Source: Balanoglossus misakiensis
Lineage: Eukaryota > Animalia > Hemichordata
Assembly (NCBI GenBank): GCA_040954595.2
Contig: CM082593.2
Location: forward strand, 186,001-250,000
DNA length: 64,000 nt
Reading direction: 5' to 3'
In this document: one piece after another, positions 1 to 16,551 of the stretch
Layout: each line of letters opens with the position of its first letter
How positions within the stretch are numbered: the stretch's first letter is position 1
The notes under the pieces: generated by a model
Databases searched by the model: none
What the model saw: the letters and a program-made list of their open reading frames with translations, nothing else
Told to the model about the DNA's origin: nothing
Program-made: the position numbers and the translations under genes

Positions 1-3987
<3,987 letters not shown>

Positions 3988-4245
3988 CTTGAATAGTTGT
4001 GTGACGCTTCTCTCCTCCACCCCTACGGGGGGTGCGCACGTCTGCGTAATAAATCGCTCGTCGGCAAAACATGGATCCGTGTACACGCTCCTCCCAAACA
4101 AGACTGTATCGACCATTTCAATGATATTGAATGGCATTTATCAACAAACAATTTATTTATATCTACACTGGTTTAAACAGTATACAGGTATTAAAATAAT
4201 TAAGATGTCCTGTAACCCCCGGAGGCTGTTTTTGGCCGTAGAACG

Positions 4246-4264
4246 CGAAAGGGATTCTGGGTAA
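4246..4264 (-). promoter_or_regulatory. ZNF143/Staf binding site (SBS) candidate upstream of KAT8
   Basis: Minus strand TTACCCAGAATCCCTTTCG matches the Staf consensus YYWCCCRNMATSCMYYRCR at 18 of 19 positions. It lies ~260 bp upstream of the KAT8 ATG in the divergent KAT8/CYP interval. Confidence 0.55.
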
Positions 4265-5103
4265 TACAATAAAGGCTGGGTCGAGCTGAACCGTACTATA
4301 GGCCTTTATATATTCGCAAGGATCATATATGAACAGTTTAGCCTAAATTGTATGACAGAACCCTACATTTTCGATGAAAAATGATTACTAAAGAGATAAT
4401 ATTAGGGGGGAGTATGAGCTCCCCAAAAGTATGTTAAAATGCAAGATTTTCTCGTTACTTTCATTCTTTTTCAGCTCCATGGCGATGATGTGCTCGTCTT
4501 CATCGCCGTGGACTTTCAATTTCTTCCTACAAACCACGTGTGTGCAGTTACTTTGAAGTTTGATTTCGGCTTCAGATTCAGAAAGGTTCTTTCAAGTACT
4601 TCAGTAAGAATCAGGTTATGGGGGCAAAGGAGAAAAGCTGTCAGACGGCTTGAATGCCATCGATCAGAAATTGCACTGGTTAACGTACTTTTTAAAGGTC
4701 AAAAAAGACCATAGTGCAATTTGCTGTCAATAAGACATAAATTGTGTTATTAAAAGCATCGTCAAATGGAGTGGAATTGTGTTAATAATGACGCCATCGC
4801 AAATTTATTGATTATAAGACGCACTGCACTTTAGGTGCGGTTGAGTTGTACTGGGGCTATTCTATCAAAGTACTGTGTCCCCTGAAGTTTATTTATCCAG
4901 AAGAGCCTCTTCTCAGTGGCATATACGGGGGAAAACCATTCATCAAGAACAGCAGAGGTAAGCTACTCATTAAAAAGAACAGTTCAAAAGGCGTGATTTT
5001 TACTGGTCCTCAGTAAATGAGAATTAACTCTGATATACCTCAACGAATTGCTTCAAGTACAACATACGAACATTTCTGCACCCAAAAAGAACAGCTGGTG
5101 ATC

Positions 5104-8100
5104 ATGAAGTGGATCCTCGATTCGATTGTGGCAACTTGGCTTTTCTGGGTTTTGCTGACCCTCCTTGTTGTTCTGACACTTGCGACATATACACAGCCAT
5201 CAGGATTTCCTCCAGGGCCACGTGGGTTGCCCATAGTTGGATGCATATTTGGTGAGTTTATCTCTTCATACTTGTCAAGCTCAAAGAATAAAATAGGATG
5301 ATTTGCATGGTGAAATTCGTGAAGTTTGAAACACAATTTCAGAGTGACAGGCAGACAGACAGACATGGCATAACAAAGACTAACTAAGCAGATAAGCCCG
5401 AGAATGAGTGACATGGATGGATACAGCTATTTCTGTGTTTTTTTTTCAGATGTTGGAACAACTCCACATTTGAGCTTTATGAAGTTGGCAAAGAAGTACG
5501 GAGACATATTTTCCATCAAACTAGGAAGCCACAGTATTGTTGTGCTTAACAACGTAGAACTTGTTAATGAAGCATTGGTCAAGAAGTTTAATGACTTCGC
5601 TGGAAGGCCATTTATCTATTCAAGTAATTATATAGTAATGTTTACATAATGCCATTTCATAACTCGATTTGAACGAGTTCATCAATATCCTCAATGCCAA
5701 TGCAATTATAAGGGAATCCCGATGCATTACAGTTAATGACAACACAATCTTGCATTTGGAAGCCAATACGTCTGGTGTGGTCGAATTGCGCTAATTTGAC
5801 GAATATTCTCTCGTCATTATGTCTTTCAAGCTGACATATTTTCAGAGGGGCGCAAAGACATAATTTTTGGTGATTTTGGACCAACATGGAAATTACATAG
5901 GAAGTTGAGCTATGCTGCAATGAGGTATGAATATGACTAAACTCTACATTATAATTAAGTGTCGTAGTCTGTTATCAGGAACAATAGTTGCCAGCACATA
6001 AACACCAAGAACAAAAACTGCACATTCATCCAGCCAGTTCACCCACCTGTTTGAAAGCAAACAAATCTTTTAACACTTTTTTATTCCGTCAGGTCTTACG
6101 CCAGCGGTGTGACTCTGGAAAATCTCATCATTAATGAAGCTTACCCGAAGTTGAATGAATTCTTCCTTGAAAAAGCTGGTGATGCGTTTGACGTAAAACC
6201 AGTTCTGTTGTTAGTGATATGCAACATCATGGCCACAATATGCTTTAATCGCAAGTAAGTCATACTAGTAGTTCATATACGTACTCTCATGATACTTCAG
6301 GGTGGGACCAAAAGCCGAGGTTTTGCTGTTTAAAACGTGTCAGCTATGAACCCCAGAAAAACTGAACATTTGTCTTTCTATAGGTATTCACTGGACGATG
6401 AGGAGTTCTTGGAATTCGTCCAAATAACAGATGATATGGTCCATGGCATTGGGAACGGACTACTTGCAGATTTCCTTCATTGGACCAAATATCTTCCGAC
6501 ATCTGGACCAAAGACGGTGAAAAGGCTCACCGACAGATTCATTGGATTCCTCCGCAAGAAGCTGGATGAGCATAGACGGACTTTTGACAAAGGTACGGGA
6601 TGATACACATTTGAAACATATGCATGTTCAAAGCTTATCAAGCTGTGGTATGACTCAGAGAATTGGCACGGGGGAGTTTGTACTATGTACAAGAAACTCC
6701 GATGTTACAAATCATAAACAGGGAGAACGCGATGACATATTACCCACAAAGGTAAATTTTGAATTCCACGGTGGCAAGATATTAGATTTAAAATTTCTCA
6801 AAATGATGCAAAATCATGTTTTATCTTCATTACAACGCTTCATCTCCGACTCGAAGACAACTTGCGAGACTTAACAGACCATCTCATCCAAGCCCAAAAC
6901 GAGGCTATAATGGAAGATGCCGAAGAAATGGAGTCGCTTACTGAAACTCACATGGTACAAACTTTGTCTGACATGTTTGGAGGTCAGTTCTTATTCTTGT
7001 TCCCCTTTTCTTGGGAATGAGGCATGTAGGTTTTTCTGTAAATCTTTCATCAAGTACATTAATTTTAAAGTCAATCTCATCAAATCTTACATTAACTGTA
7101 ACCTTCGGCTGTTTCCGCCGGCAACTTGAGAACAACGTCCACCCACTCAGCCTAAAGTAGAAACGAGGCATATATTAATATTACACCTGATTTAACCGGA
7201 TTGATTTTAAGCCTTATTAATTTATATGATTACAACAAATTCGGTGTCCAAAAGCGTGAAACTGGCGTTCATTAAGACTAATAAGGCACCATGTAATTTC
7301 AATAATCTTTTCAGGTAAATTTTGCCTTCTTTTCATTTTATTGTACAAGGGCATCAAATTGTCCATGTACTTGGTCTAATCGAATTTCTAGCGTTATTAC
7401 ATACTAACTAGTTCTCATTTGATTCTCTCAGCGGGCATAGACACGTCATCAGTCGCACTGAATTGGTGTATTGTTTACATGGTTCACTATCCAGACATCC
7501 AAGCAACCGTTGCTAAGGAAATCGACACAGTAATTGGCCAAGAACGAACGCCTCAGTTAAATGACAGATGGCGTCTTCCTTATTGCGAAGCAGTTATACG
7601 CGAAGTCTTACGCATTCAGACTGTGGCACCCCTGAGTATTCCACACAGAGCATGCGTTGATTCGTCTATTGGTGAGTATGATAGATGAATTTTTAAATGC
7701 CATCTAGGATTTCGTTGTTCGTTTGATATCATCATGGGAATAAAATAATCATACCGTTGATGCAAACTGTCAGACGCTCAATGGTCTAGTCCGTGTCGAT
7801 GAGTATTCACACAAAAAGGAACATGTCCCCAAACACTACACCATGTTCGTTTAATGCACCCTCGTCGTTTGACAGGTGGCTACAGGATTCCCAAAGATAC
7901 GTCAATCATGATAAACCTATGGGCACTTCACAATGACGAACGAGAGTGGGAAGAACCCAGAAAGTTTAAACCAGGTAATGACAATAATCAGCTTTACATA
8001 TTATTACAACAAATATATCTTTAAAAATTGCACTGCTAAGTATTTACTATTTCAATATCAATATCGAATAATAATGTCTCAAACTAAGTCATCTTCTTTT

Positions 8101-8384
8101 ATCTCTCTGTAGAGCGATTTTTGGAGGATGACATGAAGCGATTGAAACCAAAACCTCCCAGTTTTATGCCCTTTTCAGCTGGAAGACGTGTCTGCCTCGG
8201 AGAGACTCTGGCCAAAACCCAGCTATTCCTTCTCTTTGTGTCCTTATTTCAGAATTTTATAATAGCGCATGCGCCAGGATCTCTTCCTCCATTGGACGGA
8301 TTTGCCAGCATCTTTGTCAACCATCCACATCCTTATCAAATTTGCGTCAAGCAAAGAAACAAACAACCACAGAAAATCAAATAA
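5104..8384 (+). CDS. Cytochrome P450, clan 2, CYP17A-like (steroid 17-alpha-hydroxylase/17,20-lyase-like), ~507 aa
   Basis: Exons 5104-5251, 5450-5623, 5831-5924, 6093-6254, 6384-6592, 6857-6982, 7432-7671, 7876-7974, 8113-8384 (1524 nt, in frame). N-terminal TM anchor, PPGPRGLPIVG hinge, WKLHRK C-helix, AGIDT I-helix, EVLR, KPERF and heme motif FSAGRRVCLG. AATAAA near 8535. Confidence 0.93.
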
Positions 8385-8787
8385 CAGACTCTGTGATGTG
8401 CCTCAATTGCAATCCCTTCTTTATATTGTAGATTGCATTGGTCATGTGTTTTTCTCCTAGTTTACATGCACGTAATTTCAAGTTTATTAACTAGAAACAC
8501 TACTGCACTAAGTTTGGTAGTTCACAAAAGATTGAATAAAGTTACGATGATGTTCCCATAGCAAGAACCCGAATGGGTTATAAGCGCAAAACACATGAAA
8601 ACCAATATTTTCCGTTCTAGACGCAATTTTAGAGATTTCACATAAATATAATAATAGACCCCCTTTCAACTTTTAAGTACAGTCTGCCATCTTATTAAGA
8701 AGCTGATTTCGCATCTCAGACGATCTGATAATTATTGATCATTATATGTCAAAGAATTTATGGTACTTGATACGGTTCTGCACACTT

Positions 8788-11700
8788 TCATAAGTTTGTC
8801 GAAGATTCCGCTGGCAAATCAGAATCGTTAAATTGTTCACCGCCAACTGTGATATCAATACCATCTGCCTGAGTTTTAAGATCAACATCGACCTGTCCAC
8901 TACTTTCTCTCTCCGATTTCTGTCGACACTGAAATGATAAAAGATGGTGTGGCCACAAATCAAAGTTGACCTAAAAGATGGCTACCATCTGAACCATTCT
9001 CTGCACTTGTCTCAGAAACTTTGAAGATTTCCATCAATTATCATTTACCATTATTATACACTTCTATTCTATCCAATAAAAGGAGGAATTGGAAATTGCT
9101 TACGTGATGATGAACGACTTCCATAATAATCTTCAATACAGCATACAGGACAATAACAGACACTGTAATCTGGTGGGTGGAAAGTGAAGAACTGTTCATG
9201 ATTTGTCCCAGTCACGTGGTTCAACACCGAGAAACACGTTTCAGAGGGGAAAGGTCACTAGCTTCAGGCTCGATGCTTATACTTGTATTTTCTCTGTGGT
9301 ATCAAAACTTTTGGGGACAATAATTAGTGGCAAGATGATAAATGTAAAATGTACTCACAATACTGATGACGTCAGCATTGACTGGGTCCGATTTAAAACA
9401 AACCAGGAACGCAAAGAGACTGGAAAGCAAAATATAAATATTTAATGTATGAGTGAAACCTTATTAAGAGACAATTTGGCGTTTACATTTTCATCAACGA
9501 ATAAGAAGTGTGTAAAAACCAAGACTAATACGCCCTTTTACCTCTGGAAAATCCTAGAAAATTTAGTCAGGAACTGTAGAACGCAATTTGAAAAAAAGTC
9601 ACGTGTTTCTTAAGCCTTGGTCGTAGTTGCTGATTTTCATCATCATTAATGATTAACGAGAGAGAAATAGCACTGTTCGTACCTGATAATTGGCATTAAT
9701 AAGAGTTTACATATCACGAACGCTTTTGCGAGTCCCTTGTGGCTATCATGAAAATGCTTGTCACTGGAAAAGGCATCAGTTAACCGAGAACAAAACAAAA
9801 CATCAGTGTTTTCATGAATTTAATCGATGTTCATAGGTAAATATAAAATAGTGACCAGCACACATCAACAATGTTATTCGGTGATTTGGACTGAAAAGTA
9901 GATTGAAAAAACAAAGCGGTGCCGTCAACATAAATCAAGAATACTACTGAGACAAATAAACTTGACAAACTGCTTGTGTATAAAGCAACAATTCAAAGTA
10001 ATTGAACTGTCCATCAGTGGGTGACACAGCAAGATTAAAGTGCACCGAAAACTCGTCGTTCCTGTTAGATACAATCAATAGTCATAGAGCTATTCATTTT
10101 GAAAACTACTTTATTCTAATTAAATGGGACTGTCATTCAACACCATTAGAAAATACGACCTAAATGTTTCAACAGTTGTGACTCAATACTCTTGTTTGCG
10201 ATAGATCTAAAATACATTATAGGCCGATAGTCTTACCTGTGTCTGCAAGCAGCTACATACATCAAAATTTGGAAAAGACTGGCAAAGAAGACACAAGCGC
10301 TGTTGATCTGTACAACATAGTTTTCAGTTCTATCCGTAGTCTGTTTAAAAAGACAGAAATTTAATATTCTCGTTTTATTTAATTACTACTATTTCAGGAG
10401 TCTTTAGATGGATATCGTCCCAGATCCGGTCATAGTGATTTTGTGTATTTGCAATGATGTCATTAATGGACACATGTTGTAAAGCTGCTATTTGTAACCG
10501 ACGCCGGACTGAATGATGAGGAAGTGTATGAGAATGTGTGTGAAAGTTGTTAACAATTAAATTATTGAAGGATACTCACATCACCGGCGTATACAGCGAT
10601 CAGCTTGTAACAGAACGGAAGCAAGCCAAGAAACAGCAAAGACTGCAAAATAAAACATATCCTCTTTGAAATAATATTATACTTGCACTCATGTAAGAAT
10701 CGAAACCGAGGCTGTACCGAGGAACAGTTCTGTCATTTAATAATTGTTGTACTTTTTACGTACTTTCTAGCCTAAACTGGTACTTGTTGCAAGTCGGAAT
10801 GAAGTCGTAAAGAGTACTTTTCCCGGTGGTGGTGAATGTTGACAGACGTAAACATTTAAAATTTTCTTTTGCATTATGTGCGTACGTTTATTACTTACCC
10901 CTTTGTTGAGACAACTCATCAGTCGGGTCACTGAACTGATGTACTGAAAATATGAATATAAAACGACAGTAAATATGAAGTTTCAGTTGCTGGTGACTAG
11001 TAAGTTTAATGAAAATACAATATTAAATGAGCTTATCACACGATACTTACGTGAAACACAGTTTGGTGGTTCAGCCACAACAAACCTGTTTAAATTGAAA
11101 CGTTTAACAATTAGGACATTTCACAAACAAACTAGATTCCTTTACACTTGTTTTTCAAAACGTGATGATATTTTTCCCTGGACATGAGCCAAAGAGGGCT
11201 TGCATTCCGAAATTCGAACTCATGATGTGGCCCCTGTCTCCCCTATAACACACATTTGTAAGTTTATTTCGCGACATTATCGGTTCCTTTGTGACACTGA
11301 TGCCGAAAGCAAGATTTAAAAACTATAATAATATTAATGACTATGAAACGGTCCGATGGGCATTATGTCCTTAATTAACTTTTGTTTATTGACGAGAAAA
11401 AAATGTTGATTCTTACCTACGGTGACAAAACTTGCCAAATAACAGAGAAACATGTGCTGATCCTCGCTTAGAGTTTCTGGAAGTGTTTTATCCGAACCCA
11501 CACTTCCGCTTGACGGTACCGCTTCGGAGCTGAAAAGGGGTTGAAGAGAATTCTATTGTGGAAACAACTCCCCTAACGCTTACTACACATCAACAAATAT
11601 GTCAAACGTTTGCGTCGTTCCTCTATTAATTAATACGTGCACACAATTACTTGCATGGTTGCAAGAGCGACTGTTGCTATATTTCTGAAATATTCACGAA

Positions 11701-14700
11701 GTCTGTATCATCTTGATAACAAATCAATTTTTGAGAATGTAAATCAACTTACCTGAGATCTAATATTATTAATGTAGCAACAATGGCATACACGCCATCT
11801 GAAAATACTGCAAAGAACAGACAGACAGGGGAAGAGGTTAGTCTTATTTGCATATACATTTGCCTAGCGCTGTAAATCGAAAAATACAAAGGAAAATGAT
11901 GTCCATCAACAAACGGCGATATAAATCCTTAACAGAATACCTGTAAATCGCTCCTTTTCAATCTTCATCTCGAACAAATGATGCCAGAGATATTTTCCAA
12001 AATGCTGGTGGCGATAGAGACCAACTTTAAAGCCTAGAGGAATTAAATTGTATATATAAAATTCAGAGCTCATAAAATACAACAAAGACATCGAAAGATA
12101 TTCTAGTGTGTACCACCAACGCTCCAGAACTATTTCGGTAAAGAGAACGAAAAACATTATTCACAGGCGTTCGATAAAGAAAGTCTGTCTATCACAGACT
12201 TTGAGGAGAATAACCAATCTCACCTTTGATGTAGTTGTACACACCAATGCAAATTGCCGATATTGCGTCATGGAAAACCAACAAGATCAGAAACGACCAA
12301 GACTACATAAAGAAAAAAAAGATTGGCGAAAACGATGATGACAGACAGCACGTTTCCGTGTTTCCTTTGACGTAAAACGAAACATGGCAACAGAAAAATG
12401 CTTTTGCGGAATACTTTCTCAATCATGATACAATTATGGAAAACATTTTTACAGAAGATTGACGGATAGTAGTCGAAAATTCGTACTCCAACTTACCGCA
12501 TACATTGATGCGAAGGCCAGTCCGGCTGCAGTCCCCGATAAAATAATTTTCACACAAGATTTACATACCATTACGCCAGCCAAGTGTGTCTAAATATGAT
12601 AATAAAACATTACACAGTTAGTGTAAATTTGATATTTTATTTAAAAAAACGCCCTTGAATTAATGAAAGCATAATTTGCTTTCTTCGTGAAAGGGTTTGA
12701 TATTTGCTCTGGGCAAACACTTCAAAGTTGGATTGCAAAGTACGAAACAGTGTTCTTCCTTCTGTCAATATCCATATTTTTTCATTCCCATTAAGTTCAT
12801 AAATATGAAGAGGTTGTGCTCTTGACTATTTTTATAACATATGAAATATAGTAAGAATTGTAACGGTGAAACGGTTGCTTGTATACATTCTAGAACCAGC
12901 TGCAAGGCAACGACAATAGGTCACGTGACCGAGACTGGCATAACCCAATAAACACTTACCCTTGCTTCGTGATCTTGGATTTCTTCCTTTAACATTTTGG
13001 GTCGACTGAACGCCACTGCAATGATGACAATCTGAAATGAAACGAAACGGACATTTTGGTTTCTGGTCGGATTTCATTGTTAACAAGCTATTTGCTCACG
13101 AATTAGAATATTTATTATGCAGATTTCTCACAATTGTTCGTCAGCTATTGTTCTTGTGAGTAGTACTTGGCCAAATTTGCACAGTTAGCAAAATCACAAC
13201 CGACAGTTCTTCAATGATTTCTACTAACCTCTAGAGCAGACGCCGCGACGACACAAAAGACGAACAGACAAATTGCGAAAGGGTCTTCAATAAACTCAGT
13301 CATCAACGTAACCTAAAAACCAGAAATAATTTTATGAATATAAACATTTATAGGGAATGACAGATTTTCGTCAATTTACTAGGTTTGTGAAATAAAAAAA
13401 AAACAGCAAATAAGAACGACTAGTACGTTTAAAGTACATGTATACTATCATTCGTCCCTGCCAAACTCAATAATCGCCATTGACATGTGATTAAAATATT
13501 AAGCTAGGTAAAGGTCACATTATAATCATTGATATCATTTCAATGTCATGGAATTAAAATCTTAATCCTATGTCATCAACCTATCGAGTTCGATTGGCTA
13601 TCCAACCTAATTATTAGTCGTAATTTATTAAACGTGCCATGTTTTCCTGGAAAACTGTTTCCCCAAAGGAACTCAGATAAGACTAGTTATAATAGGGAGT
13701 GCCAATTATGAACTAATTAATACATATCGAATACTTACCGAGTAAGGTAGAAAACTCACAGATAAAAGTAACACCTACAGGGAGAACAATATTAGCAATT
13801 TGTTCACAATACAATTTCAATCGATCATCAAGGGAAATACACATCTGATCCCGAATGGAAACTGACAGTGGAATATGTGAAGATGCGAGAACAAAAAGCA
13901 CAAACATAGCTTCATTCTTGTAAAGTTATTATTTAGATTTCTTAAGAAGGTCTACAATGGTGTACCAAAAGAATATGCCAGACGACTTACTATATTTGTT
14001 AACAGTACTGTGTCTGCCACGTTTTCGATAGCACCAAAGATCCTGTAGTTAAACAGAAAGTTAATTTGGTCACGGGGTTAGACACGGTCAAGTGGCTTTA
14101 AGCAAAGGTATTTTAGTACTTTGCATGTGGACGGAAAGTCAATTTAAAAAGCGCTGTTGCAAGTATGTATTTCTATTTTGTGATAAAGTAACTCATTCAC
14201 TCACTCACTCACTCACTCGCTCACTCACTCACTCACTCACTCACTCACTTGAGCAATATTGAGAAACTCACCACGCATGATCTTCCCAAATCGTGTAGAT
14301 AAAGATGAACGCACATATATAAATAATAAAAACAGGCAACTCATTGTACAAATTCTCGAGCAACGTCTGCAAGGAAGAACGAACAGAATACGTCAATACT
14401 TGACAGAAAACTACAATTCTTGAAAGGGTCTGTTGTTTATGTCGCGCCCTCAAACTATTTCTTAACGGACACTTCACTGTGTCCTTCATATGTTACGACT
14501 GGAAAGAATCAAAGCTTACCTTGTTTTGATCGTAGTTCAAGACGTCATTGGCGACTGGAACAATCTAAAAATTGAAGATGAGAAATACACTTAGTGACAC
14601 AATTTTGTCTGGCCAACTTGCTGATACGCACTGATATCAGAAAATAATTTGATTCTAAAACAGCATCAAATGATGTTTTAACATTTCTGTTCGGATACTC

Positions 14701-15983
14701 ATGCATAGTATATTGGGATTCCTCAGATTATCAGCGACAAAAAATTACGCCATGCTTAATATGAGCCCTATCTTTACCTGAATTCGTCAACGATGAGGGT
14801 ACAAGGTCCTTTGGATTTTACATATAATTGGAGAGAAATTCAACTTAAGTGCAAAATAAATTGTAAAGAAAATATAAAAGGTTGCCGATGTATTGACAAT
14901 AATAAAAATACTGATTTCTTATACATTGTATAGCGCACTACATAATACATGTCAATGCGATTTAACAATAACCCCCCCCCCCCCCACCTAGTTTTCAAGT
15001 ACGTGGAATTCACATAGCCCTATGAGGCCAGCTATGAATAGTGCGATCAAGGTCCCATTTTACGTCATACACGCAGAGATATATACTAACACGAACCTCA
15101 AAGCGACGCAACACGTACTATATCTTTTGTACCACCATTATTTTCATCAGAGTGTAAATTTATGATATAACAGGGAGGGCGAGAATCTTTTGTCTTGTAC
15201 CTCTGCGCATATAACTCTGGAGAATCTTGAAAACATTTCTAGTGGTCTCTTTTATCATCCCATCGACCCGAGTCTCTTTATTTGTTGTGTAAAGAATGCC
15301 AAACAAGCCCAGGTGCTTGAACTATGAGAAGCCCGACAGACGCGACGTGCCGTGTTACGCAATCAAGAACTGGAGACAAGAGGCATCTTTTAAAACAATA
15401 GGCACTTGTTGACGGAATTAATATATACTAAAATAATGTTGGGCAATTTATTTAGATATCCGATAAATCCAGAGATTGTCGTCCGGTCAAGAAGCGCCTG
15501 TTTGTATTAAAAACATATCAACCGTTTATGGATTTGCCACTTCAACTGATTATTAAAGAAGATTGCGTTTTCCGATTTCTTCGATTTGTTAACTTCATTA
15601 ATATTTTCCGGGAAGAAAAGTAATTCAAAAAAAAATTCTAATACGGATGAACACGCTCACAGTAAAGGCACGTTGTTTCAAGGTAACAGCGCGGCCTTTG
15701 TTGACCAAAGAAGGGCGTGTCGTCAAATAACATCTGACAAAATCCCAAACGCCCTTCGTCCACTGTGTTATCACGTTCCTGTGAGCAAAGATTCATTCAC
15801 AGCATAGCAAATGCATTCACCGATTTAACCACTCAGGACATTGGAAAATGTACATCATCAAAAATTCGAAAACAACAACGTTCATTATAAAGTACTTACC
15901 AGAATGGTGATAACAATTGCATAAACGGCATCCGAGTAACCCTGTGCACGCTCTGCATTCATGAAACGATGCTCCTTCGCCAT
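8788..15983 (-). CDS. TMEM175: Endosomal/lysosomal K+/H+ channel TMEM175, two-repeat form, ~498 aa
   Basis: 20 phase-consistent exons: 15983-15900, 14564-14520, 14366-14272, 14042-13991, 13774-13739, 13312-13229, 13031-12960, 12589-12497, 12302-12224, 12033-11941, 11807-11753, 11529-11417, 11085-11051, 10943-10899, 10642-10580, 10340-10237, 9763-9683, 9419-9359, 9169-9104, 8928-8788 (1497 nt). Both Rxxx(F/Y)SD signatures are present: ERAQGYSDAVYAIVITIL and ERFTVFSDGVYAIVATLIILD. Also FVTVGLLWLNHQTVF. Confidence 0.93.
14191..14248. repeat. (TCAC)n microsatellite in a TMEM175 intron
   Basis: About 14 near-perfect tetranucleotide units, read directly. Confidence 0.95.
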
Positions 15984-16551
15984 ATTTTCAGATGTGTTCT
16001 TCAAACAGGCATGACACACACATCCGTCATGTCAGGCAGTGATATCTGACTCCTTAGCTCGTTATAAATTAACAGTGGCGTGTGAGTGACATGTTTTCAA
16101 TACCACAATACAAGAGACACGTTATGGACTGTACGATTCGAACCAAGGGGAGGGTTCGAGGACGGGTGAAGGTTCATGTCATTTTGTATGCCTCATGGGA
16201 AGGTGGAGTATCATTTGAAAAACATTTTGTGCATTTTTAATTAAAATTTATTCCCTTGTGGTTTGTTGTCAGTGCCATTTTTATTCATCGTTTGTGCACG
16301 AATACAAAGAAGACTGCAAGTCTATTTGCTGTTTCCTTGACTACGATATGTACATAGAACAATTTGTTTATCTTACCATGACAACAGAAAAAAAAAATAA
16401 CGGTATATTCAATGTTGCTCAGTGATATCGGTCAAAAGCTGTTGTCAAATTGTATTTAAAAACAATAAATCTTCATTGTCTGAATAGACTAAGCTATATA
16501 TTGAATCAACAATCAACACTGTCAGGCCAGGACCTGCCACAGGTGTGAACA

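Noticed and set aside
4477-4511. Hairpin considered as a SECIS element or snoRNA
   Set aside because: It lacks the SECIS quartet and apical AA geometry, has no suitably placed D box, and no selenoprotein gene is nearby.
7180-7320. Loose nested inverted repeats in a CYP intron
   Set aside because: Matches are short and AT-rich with no clear TSD, which is not enough to call a MITE.
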